Part shown: positions 54,097 through 64,000 of the stretch, one piece after another | Numbering within the stretch: the first letter of the stretch is position 1 | Layout: every line of letters begins with the position of its first letter | Assembly (NCBI RefSeq): GCF_001194135.2 | Contig: NC_068992.1 | Span: 46,681,206 to 46,745,205, forward strand | DNA from: Octopus bimaculoides | Taxonomy: Eukaryota | Length of the DNA stretch: 64,000 bases | Direction: 5' to 3' | The notes under the pieces: model-generated | The model's input: the letters and a program-made list of their open reading frames with translations, nothing else | What the model was told of the DNA's origin: nothing | Databases searched by the model: none | Made by a program: the position numbers and the translations under genes

Positions 54097-54120
54097 GTAC
54101 CTTATTTATAAATAAGGTAC
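54097..54120. repeat. Perfect 24-bp palindrome GTACCTTATTTATAAATAAGGTAC
   Basis: The first 12 nt are the exact reverse complement of the last 12. Confidence 0.95.
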
Positions 54121-54623
54121 TACAGTTAGCCGTCGTTTTTGACTTCATAGAGGTCAGCTAGTACATATATATTTATACACAGTTATACTCATATGTAAAG
54201 TTTGCTTTTATATCAATTTTACATCAAGCTGATTGATCACTAATTAATTTTTCGTAGAGTACCCACGTCTTATCATTTTTCAAAGATAAGATTAACAAAG
54301 ATTTCGTAGTTGTGACACTTTCACTTTCATCTGACTCTGGTTCAGTTAGTAACTTCTGGGCTATCATAGTGCTTGCTAAGTCATTTTGTGGATAGATGGA
54401 ACTACGTAAAACAAAAAAAAAAAGAAAAGAAAAAAGAAAAAGAAATCAATACGGTTTACTCTGAAAGGAGAAATAGTTGTGTAGGAAGTGTGTAGGTTAA
54501 TAGAAGGTTATGTTGGGAAGATTTTGTTAGGTTTGAAGGATCAATTCTTTTTTGTTTGATTAAGGCGAGCAAACTGAAACTTTTAAGTCAGTCACTGTCA
54601 GCTATATCAGTATAAATATTTAT

Positions 54624-54812
54624 ATCTATCTATCTATCTATCTGTCTGTCTATCTATGTATCTATCAATCTATCTGTCTGTCTATCTATATATCTATCTG
54701 CATGCCTGTCTATCTATCTATATATCTATCTGCATGCCTGTCTATCTATCTATCTATCTATCTGCATGCCTGTCTATCTATCTATCTATCTATGTATCTA
54801 TCTGCATGCCTG

Positions 54813-54847
<35 letters not shown>

Positions 54848-54856
54848 GCATGCCTG

Positions 54857-54887
<31 letters not shown>

Positions 54888-55054
54888 GCATGCCTGTCTA
54901 TCTATCTATCTGCATGCCTGTCTATCTATCTATCTATCTGCATGCCTGTCTATCTATCTATCTATCTATCTATCTATATATCTATCTGCATGCCTGTCTA
55001 TCTGTTTATCCATCCGTCTGTCTGCATGCCTGTATGTCTGTCTGCATGCCTGTA

Positions 55055-55080
<26 letters not shown>
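54624..55080. repeat. Compound minisatellite: 11 copies of TCTGCATGCCTG separated mostly by variable (TCTA)n tracts
   Basis: Motif starts at about 54697, 54729, 54761, 54801, 54845, 54885, 54909, 54937, 54985, 55021 and 55041. Confidence 0.95.
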
Positions 55081-55085
<5 letters not shown>

Positions 55086-55532
55086 TTCTACGTATGTATA
55101 TCTGCATGTGTGCGTATATTGTAAGTGCGTGTGCTTACGTTTGTGTGTGTGTGCGTGCATGCGTGTGTGTGCATGTGTGTGTGTGTGTGTGTGTGTGTGC
55201 GTGCGCGCGCGAGTTTGATTTGATAACTGAATGAATTAAATTAGTTTGGAAAAAGAGTTTCATTGATTGAGATACTTCATTGTTCTCTGTCCCAAGGAGT
55301 ACATACGTTACTGGACGATACAACGTAAATACGTGAAACTAATGCAGCTTCCTCAAGTCGAAGCATTCAGAGTTACAGAATATAGAAAATAACATTAGAA
55401 ATGCTCAAGGGACGAACTTATATTGAAGTTCATCAAAATCCTGTCTGTAGTTGTTCGAGTTTCTAGACAACAGACGTTTATTCATTTTACCGTTGTAAAG
55501 TAAATGAGAGGGATCTCAAATGACCTTGTCCA

Positions 55533-55660
55533 TAACAACAACAACAACAACAACGGCGAGAACAACAACAACACCATGAAGAAGAACGAGAAGAAGAAGA
55601 AGAAGAAGAAGAAGAAGAAGAAGAAGAAGAAGAACAACAACAACAACAACAACGACAACG
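55533..55660. repeat. (AAC)n-(AAG)n-(AAC)n compound triplet array
   Basis: Direct reading. Confidence 0.93.
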
Positions 55661-55964
55661 ATAAAAATAAACAAGCAAAAGCGATAACAACTCGGGTTTA
55701 GTCAATATGAAAGACATTGACAGTTTGAGAAAGTGACGTCTGTTAATGGATGTGTTTTTATCGAGAGAAAATATAGTATTGTTTATGATGGCCGTCTACA
55801 GAGTAAACATACTTGAAAATATAAGACATATTGTGTGTGATATACGTCTTGAAAAGGAATATACATCCATACAACATACATATATATGTGTTTGTATGTG
55901 CATATATATATGTATGTCTATATATTTGTATCTCTCTCTCTCTCTCTCTATTTATATATGTGTG

Positions 55965-56020
<56 letters not shown>

Positions 56021-56029
56021 TATATATAA

Positions 56030-56061
<32 letters not shown>

Positions 56062-56509
56062 GATGAGGCATATAAATCCATAGACACTCAGATAAATGCA
56101 CACACATATCTGTGCAGAATCACAGATATATATATAAATACACACACACACACATATACATACATACACGCATACACACACGTATAGGTATATAGAATAT
56201 ATGTACATATGTATGTGAATGTGTGTGTATGCACACACACTAATATAAGTTTATCATCAATGCCGGATAGAGAAAGGAGAGTGTAAAATGATGTAAACTC
56301 ATTATAGATAGAAAATTAAATCAGGAAAGAAGCAACGGAAATATAGGAATTCAGCCAAAATATTGCTAAATGTTTTATGGCCTTTTCTGAGGGTTTAATC
56401 TTCAAAATTTATTGTAAAAATTGTTTTTGTAATCAACAAACAGAAATATTGTGGTTTTTTTACTAATATTAATACAAGATTGACAATTAGTTAAATCGAT
56501 AGAGTGTCG

Positions 56510-56660
56510 GAAAACGTACACTGCTGTACTTATTTCTGCTCATTATGTTGCAAGCAGAAATTGCCCCGGGGTCAAGCTTTTCATTTATCCCCCCCCCCCC
56601 CGGGGACGGTAAAATTTTATACCAGTGAAATATTAGGGTCACTCGCTATTGAGTAATCAC
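56510..56660 (+). mobile_element. Highly diverged SINE family B remnant with internal poly-C expansion
   Basis: gaaattgccccggggtcaagcttttcatttatcc(C)nggggacggtaaaattttataccagtgaaatattagggtc follows the family B body order. Confidence 0.5.
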
Positions 56661-56989
56661 AAACACCTATATATAGCATAGAATGCATTATATAATTTAC
56701 AATATATATATATATANNNNNNNNNNNNNNNNNNNNNNNNNNNNNNNNNNNNNNNNNNNNNNNNNNNNNNNNNNNNNNNNNNNNNNNNNNNNNNNNNNNN
56801 NNNTATATATAATTAAGATTCAATTATTTGACTTCTCTATCTTTTTCCAAAGCAGTTATTCGTTGTTGCGAAAAATATATTTGGGAACATAAATAAACAT
56901 GAAATTTTGGGGAAAAGAAAGAAATGTGCAATATGGGCAGACAACAACCGCTGAAAGTTTTTATAGGCTTATGATGTTGCTCCATAAAT

Positions 56990-57365
56990 TTTGTGAGCAG
57001 GCAGAAACATCAGCACACCAGATAGCATGCTAAGCAAAATTTCCTCTGTCTTTTCTCTCTCAGTTGAACTTTCGTTAAAGTCGACTTCGACTTGCATTCT
57101 TTCAGTCAAATACTGTGGAAGAAGTAATCGACTATCCCTAACATGTAACCCAAAGACAGACAGGTGGCAGAATGGTTAGCAAACCTGAGAAAATGGTTAG
57201 CAGCAATTCATTCGGTTTTACATTGTGAGTAAATCCGCGGTCGCCTTCGTGTTTTCTCCTTTATGGGGTTAAAGCAGTAATACCAGTTGTGCACTATGGT
57301 CGATGTGATCAACCAGCATCTCTGCAAAATTTCACTCCTTGTGCCTATAGTAAGAAGGATTAACT
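56990..57365 (+). mobile_element. Two diverged head-to-tail SINE family B copies (~56990-57150 and ~57160-57365)
   Basis: gtgagcaggcagaaacatcagcac...aaagtcgacttcgacttgcattctttcag...aagtaatcgacta, then ggtggcagaatggttagc...ccagttgtgcactatggtcgatgtgatcaacc...aaaatttcactccttgtgcctatagtaagaaggatt. Confidence 0.7.
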
Positions 57366-58193
57366 ATGTCACTTAATATAACACTGGTTCCAACATATGA
57401 TTTCGGATCAAAACTCTTGTAAAATAAGTTCCATTCATACAGAGATGTGTCTGTAGGGGCTGCGTGTGGATGTTTATCCGAGTGTCGAGTGAGTATTCAC
57501 AGAGGTAGTGTCTCACTGCTATAACCGAGAAGTATTAATATAAATACATATATAAACACATGTATGCACTCACTGACGTACGTATATAGCTTTAATCGAT
57601 CTGTGGATAATGAATCATAAATCAACGAAATAAGCGTTCAAGGTAACAGATTAAAGAAACCGCTCCTTAAGTAATTCAGGATATCTGGACATACCCTAAA
57701 ATATTTAGGCAACCACTTCAAACACTCCTGTCAGCAATATCGCTCATCGTTATTAATACCATTAATATTGTTATTATTCCCACTGCGCTATTAAATCTCT
57801 TTATACGTTTGTGTCATCTGGTTATTTGTATATAAAAGGCTTACCAACGCTAATCATGTATACAAATTGACTCGTTTGCTCATTAACTCCCTAATACTGT
57901 CAACAATGAGATAAAAGAGAAAAAAAAAACGGGGTTAAACTGATTAACTTTTAGGTATTACTTTCTCATATTGAAGCTAGTTACGGAATTTACACTCCTA
58001 GAATAATAAACGGATTAATTTCATATAAATATATTATGTACACCCAGCTGGTTAACAAGTGCCTTTCCGTGTTCGAATTCGCTGCGTGACAATTTGGGCG
58101 TCTACAGAGATGATCTTGAGTTGATGCTTAGTGGAGGGTCTCGTATGCTTATAGATAGACAAATGTTTTTTGTCTCTTCGCTCAGATACTTAC

Positions 58194-58241
58194 TGCCAGC
58201 GCCAAAGCCCTTCTCCTGTGTCCACATCTGTACGTCCAAAT
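58194..58241 (-). other. Candidate exon (48 nt if AGTCTTTCACAG is used as acceptor, or the end of a longer first exon) with GCA|GTAAGT donor
   Basis: Consensus donor at 58188-58193. All three frames are open across the 48 nt (LDVQMWTQEKGFGAG / IWTYRCGHRRRALALA / FGRTDVDTGEGLWRW). No gene identified. Confidence 0.3.
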
Positions 58242-58707
58242 CTGTGAAAGACTTCGAGATATTTAATGCTAATCTCTAGAATGATATTCTGGCTGAGGCT
58301 CTCCCCTAAGTCCACGAAATTCTCCCCCTCTCTCTCCCTCGAAAGTGAAACGCGTTAAATAAAATTAACTTGAAATACATTTCATACTCCGGGATAAGGT
58401 TCAAGCACAAATCACTGTAATTCTCTGGTTCTCAGTTATGTTCCTACTGCGGACGGACGTTTGTGTGCATGTGTGCGTGTGTGTGTGTGGAGTAAATCAT
58501 TTGACAGTAACTTTCGAGTAACACGCTATGAAGCAGATAAACTAATAATTGTGAATTGTTATGGAAGGATTTTATGGACTATAACTTCTTCAGAAGTTAC
58601 GTGTACCTCTATGTGTTCGCTCGACATGGAAACCAAACTACCCTAAAATCATTCGATGAAGTAAATGGTCACATTAGATATTATTCTCTGAACAATTTAT
58701 TCATTTG

Positions 58708-58890
58708 AAATTTTGGTACACGACCAACAATTTCAATGCAGGGGACAACTCGATTGCATCGATCCCAGTACTGAACTGATATTTACTTTATCGACCCCGA
58801 AAGGATGAAAGCAAAGTAGACACGGTGGGATTTGAACTCAAAACGTGAGGACGTCGAAGTACTGCTAAGTATATCGGCTTAGTGCTTAGG
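58708..58890 (-). mobile_element. SINE family B
   Basis: gaaattttggtacacgacc...tcgattgcatcgatcccagtactgaactgatatttactttatcgaccccgaaaggatgaaagcaaagtagac...gatttgaactca. Confidence 0.85.
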
Positions 58891-60089
58891 GATAGGGATA
58901 GTAACCTACTGTTAGGACTCAGCCAAGAGATTATATCAATGACAAGGGAGCAAGAAATTCTATAATGAATTGCATTAACTTAATTATTTCTGCTGTAAGA
59001 CGCAATGCGCTCATTATAGAGTACTAGTGTTTCTGAATCACATTATAATATTTATAAAATAGAAAACATCACTGTGTGTATTTTACCGCAGAAACAGGTG
59101 TAAGCTAATATAGTTGTTCATTACTTCTTCCATTACCATTTCATATATGATTCCTTATATNNNNNNNNNNTTCTATTCTTAGATTATCCATTTCAATATC
59201 CGTCTTAAGCTGGTATGAATATGAATAAAAGTGAATCTATGTGAGAAAAGACAATTACTGATATTCCATCGTTTACACGTGTCAAAACAAATTAAATTCC
59301 CGAAACAACTGAGAAAAAACAAAAGCTTATATATTAATAGTGAGGTTGCTGTTGACAGATACGAAAAGAATTATGCTTACAAAGAAAGAACATATGAAAA
59401 ATGATATTTCTCCTACGTTATATAATAAAATACGTTTACAAGGAAAGTTGAAGAAAACCTTGATGAAATTATGAAATTAAGAACATAAAATAAAAACAGC
59501 TGTATGTTATTTTATGATCACCCAAAGCTTTAAAACATTGTTATAGCTCAACCTCAATATATATTTACAACCAAAACCGAATTAATAGAAGACATTTTAA
59601 AAGAAACAAAAAATAAAGGAAAATAGATTAATGTTTAAGGAAGGGAAAATATTTATTGCGGGTTTCAGAATGTAGAAAGTCAGCCAAGCTTGATACCGAA
59701 TCTCTCTTAGTTCCTTATGCAGAATAAAACTTCGTGTCCACATCTAAACATATCCACATACCCACCCTATCTATATGAGAATATGTGTGTGTATCTCAGT
59801 GCATATTTGTGCTTATCTATCTATCTAGCTATCTATATGTATATATACATATATCTATATAATATATAGGCAAATAAATATTTATATATACACATATCTG
59901 TATGCATCTGCAGTTGTGTTTTGTATATAGTGGTAAATATATGCGTAAAATATTATACTGTGTATACTGATATATACACAAATATGTCAATATATATAAG
60001 TGTATATATTTATACAGGCGCACACACGCATATATCTATGTATGTGTGTGCGCGTGTGTAAATATACTTATGTACATATGCATGTGTGT

Positions 60090-60149
<60 letters not shown>

Positions 60150-60951
60150 GTATATACACACGTACATACATATATACATATATGTGTATATATATATCGA
60201 TAGATGCCTTGCATCGGCAAAATTTTGTCAACATATCAGGTAATATTATACTATGTCCGGTAAAATCAATAACGCCAACATGTAAAATACATAAAAGAAA
60301 ATCAATTAATAATATAAGACAATAAATGATACAAAAGGAAAGTAGAGAAAAATTCTGCTAAGTAGCATTTAAAAATATATTAATATCAATTTGTGTCTGG
60401 TCTTCCTTAGCAACGACTGTTATTTAACATCCAAGCAGCAAGAATTTCCCGTTTTCAAAATTATCTTCGTAAATTTTATGTTATTTACTTTGCCTTTAGT
60501 AAAGCAATAGATAAATTGTTAGTGTAAACAAAGATAAGGATTTAAGAGTTACGTTCTTTGTATTGATTTTAGTTTTCAATTTACAAGCTCTAAGAACAAA
60601 ATGTATAATAATAATAATAATAATAAATAAATAAATTAATGAATAAACATCAGAATATAGAATATAAGAAAGAAGAAAACATTGAACTATGTATTCCCAA
60701 CGTATTAGAAAATTCTATTTTCTTCAAGAATTCTCTCGGTACGGAGTTTTTCTAAATATCCATAACTACTTTGCTAAGGTCATTATATTGTTCTAATTAA
60801 AAAATAAATAAATAAAAACAACTGTATGACCATGTATATGTATTTTGGGCTTAACCTTTTACTTAATTGAGTAGAATTAAGAGGCGGTGAGAGTTAATCC
60901 CCAAAACACATACGCACACACTTACATGCACACACATACATGCACATATAT

Positions 60952-61092
60952 CCATGACAGAATTTTTCGGTTTCAGCCTACTAAATCCATTCAGAAAATT
61001 TTGGATGGACAACACTTGGCCAAGGTGCTGGTCAATCGGTACTGAAACCTGAGACATGTTTGAGAAATTTTTTTACCACAAACCCAAGCCTA
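60952..61092 (-). mobile_element. SINE family A, diverged 5' half
   Basis: aaatccattca...acacttggccaaggtgctgg...ggtactgaaacctgagacatg...ttaccacaaacccaagcct. Confidence 0.65.
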
Positions 61093-61169
61093 TCTCTCTC
61101 TTTCTCTCTCCATATATACATCCATATGCACAAACAGTTATATCTAATACCTTTTTCCGTTATTTCGTT

Positions 61170-61541
61170 TTCTTTTCATTTACATGTTTCAGTCATTTGA
61201 CTACGGCTATGCTGGAGCACCGTCTTTAGTCAAAAAAATCGACTTGATAATTATACTATCGGATCTTTTGTCGAACCGCTAAGTTACGGAGACGTAAACA
61301 TACCAACATCAGTTGTCAAGCGATGGCGGGGTACAAACAGACACGTGCGCGCGTGCGCACACACACACATATATACGACAGGATTCTTTTCAGTTTCCGT
61401 CTACCAAATCCACTCACAAGGTTTTGGTCGGCTCGAGGTTATAGCAGAAGGCACTTGGCTAAGGTGCTACGCAGTGGGACCGAAACCGAAACAATATGGT
61501 TGGGAAGCAAGCTTCTACTCACACAGCAAGACCTGCACTTG
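61170..61541 (-). mobile_element. SINE family A, full-length
   Basis: tgtttcagtcatttgactacggctatgctggagcaccg...gaaccgctaagttacggagacgtaaacataccaacatcagttgtcaagcgatgg...cagtttccgtctaccaaatccactcacaagg...gtgggaccgaaacc...gggaagcaagcttc. Confidence 0.93.
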
Positions 61542-63817
61542 TATTGTGTATTTGTTTCTTTTTGTATCGTATTATTATTGATCTTCTATAACAATGAAGC
61601 TGTATCTCTTAAACCGCCGCTTTTGTATACATATACCAAAACGAAATCTTGCGGAACAGACGTTATTTTAACGAGATACATCTTGTAATCACCTGAGGGG
61701 ATATATCTACACCGACGGAGACTCTTAAATCAGTTGTTCAATATCCGACCCGTGACGGATTGATGGTAGATGAGTTGAAACAATTGTAGTAATCAATAAG
61801 CATTCTCGTATCTTCCATCTCTCTCATTTATCAAATATATATACGTATTAGAATGTATATGTATATCTACAAATAGATAGTAATACTGAAGTGAAACGAA
61901 ACTGATATTTTGAATTTATTTAATACGTACACTTCAGGTATGCATAATATCTAATTGTAAATGCATTGATTCCGTAAACCTTCTTTAGTTTCAAAATATT
62001 ACTATTTAGTTTGGCTTTATTATAACAGCTTATACAACTTGACGCCAGTACAGTCTCTATTCCAAATTTGCGGATACACTAAATACGATTTGGAGTAGTG
62101 TCTTATGTTTTACTCGATTCGAAAATTGTGGAACCGTGCACGGATACTAAGCGTAAGACAAAATATATAAACAAATACGTACGTACATACATACATACAA
62201 ACACAGGTATGAAGGCAGTGAACAGGAAATACATTCAGATACATCGTGTATTTTAAGTGTAACATACCATCAATGATAGAGGGATAAAAGTAATGATATG
62301 AACTCAGCCCCAAGACTAAAAATTTGGTTCTGCATTCCAAGCAGGGTGGACAATTCATGTTTGGAGTAATTGCTTCAAATATCTAAGAAATACCATAACA
62401 TTTCTGGACATTTGCGGCTCTTGTACAGGTAAAATACAGCTTTGGCAATTACGAATGGTACAGTCAGCCCACAACTCTAGTCGTTATCGTGGAAATCGGT
62501 GAAATATAAAAGTCCTCAGTTCAATGGGAATTTATTGCCGAAGGGCGCATGCTGACAAGTCAATTTCTTCATTGAAGCTAGTCCTATCCATTGAAATAGG
62601 GAAAAGGTGAAGAATTACTGGAAGATGGGAGGAAATCCTGGTCTTGGAAGCCTGGAGTATAAAATAACATTTGTTGTTACATCTCACTCTTGCAACACGT
62701 GAATGTGTGCGAGGTCAAAATGGCAGAAATTCTTTAAAATGAAACTATAGAAGAAGACAGAAAATTCTTCGCACTAGGATATAACCTGACCCCAAGTGTT
62801 TGCAAATGAATAATTTAAACATAGTTCTTCGTGTAAGTATATAAACAAAGAATCAAAAGTATCCACATGCGTGGAAGCGTGAGAGAATAAAAGTGTACTC
62901 GACTATAAAAGCAATATGAGATGGTTTACTGGAAATCGAATCTTCTCATAATTTGGTTCAGAATTCATTTTGACGCCTATATCCGAGCTTTTAAAGAAAA
63001 ATGAAATATAAAATTTATTATATAAAATGTATACATAAGTCTTTGAATAGGAAGCAAGCCTAGATTGTCTAATACAATATAAAATAAAGTTATCAGAAAT
63101 TTATTATTGGTGATACGAGGTAACGGATATTGTTTGAAGCATGTAAATAAACCTTTATTTCACTAACATTCTAAAAGAAGAGTAAACAAGGAATATATGG
63201 TAGTGGTAGTAGTAGTAGGAATAATAATAATAACAATAATAATGGCTAAAAGACTGAATTATTATTTGAAAACCAAAATATAATGCAAACAAAAATAGCA
63301 ATGACAAGCAAGACGAAATAAAATTTTTTACCATAAATATATTTATAATATGGTACAAGAGGAATGTCTCTCAACAATTTTTTTTTTAAATGTCACGAAT
63401 ATCATTATCCAGTTCATAACATAACATGTTGCACTCACTGCAAAAATCAACAAATTTCAATGGTTTTTCTGTCCATGTTTTAGGAAAGAATTGCCATGCT
63501 TTCACCAAATCAGAGCTAACAACGTACTTTAGGAGGAAACTTCTTGTAGGCGTTGGTAGTACGAAGACCGGGACGTATGAATGATTTCTGAAAACATAAA
63601 ACATGTATCCTACATGGATCATATATACTTGGATAAATCTTATATTGTACTTTCTGATTGTATGAACATATTGTGGACAATATATTAGAATTAAAAAGAA
63701 AAGCAAAGATTTTACTTGAAATTGTGCTGTCGAATTTAGTGACAGATGGTGTAAAGCGGGGTAAAAACTAGAAACATATCTAGTGCAAAGGTAACGGTCT
63801 AAACCTTAGATTTGCAG

Positions 63818-63917
63818 AATACCCAGTTTATGCGTATAAAAATAGCGATTATTTTTCTAAAATTGAAATTTCTCCGTGAAACCAATATGGCAAACATTAA
63901 TTTGAATGCTGCATACG
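63818..63917 (+). other. Candidate 100-nt coding exon (..TTTGCAG| NTQFMRIKIAIIFLKLKFLRETNMANINLNAAY |GTAAGT)
   Basis: Consensus donor ACG|GTAAGT at 63918. One frame is open across the whole segment, with an ATG at 63887 in a favourable context (AATATGG). No homology recognised. Confidence 0.25.
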
Positions 63918-64000
63918 GTAAGTACTAGCTACCTCAAGCAACATTGATATTGATATTAGAGAGGCGAACTGGGAGAATCATAAGGGTGTCGTACAAAATG

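Noticed and set aside
54656-55234. 192-aa repetitive ORF, and CRISPR-like regular repeat spacing
   Set aside because: The ORF is a translation of the (TCTA)n/TCTGCATGCCTG minisatellite. The spacers are simple repeats, not unique sequences, there are no cas genes, and the DNA is eukaryotic.
57892-57902. TAATACTGTCA, matching the start of miR-8/miR-200
   Set aside because: Only 11 nt match, the remainder diverges, and no precursor hairpin is evident.

Overview
Eukaryotic, AT-rich, microsatellite-saturated draft-assembly DNA with about 19 N-gaps. I infer a coleoid cephalopod, most likely Octopus, from the recurring tRNA-headed SINE families and the repeat landscape; this is unconfirmed. The window looks intronic or intergenic. 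I cannot identify any host gene, CRISPR array, rRNA or true tRNA, and nearly every entry in the ORF track is an artefact of N-gaps or simple repeats. What the sequence supports: (i) about 25 full or partial SINE copies from three families; (ii) two copies of a non-autonomous mariner derivative in which the catalytic 3' half is replaced by an inverted copy of the element's own 5' end, with the same junction in both copies; (iii) 3' remnants of non-LTR retrotransposons, namely an R4/Dong-like tail inside a TAA/TAG microsatellite, an RTE-like ORF2 fragment and a decayed two-finger C2H2 tail; (iv) a ~315 bp near-perfect palindrome, an ~87 bp inverted-repeat pair 2.6 kb apart and a compound minisatellite; (v) a few low-confidence splice-signal-bounded candidate exons, best on the minus strand at 47.6-58.2 kb. 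I see no convincing evidence of a novel multi-gene system. The most interesting signals concern transposon architecture and fold-back/dsRNA potential.
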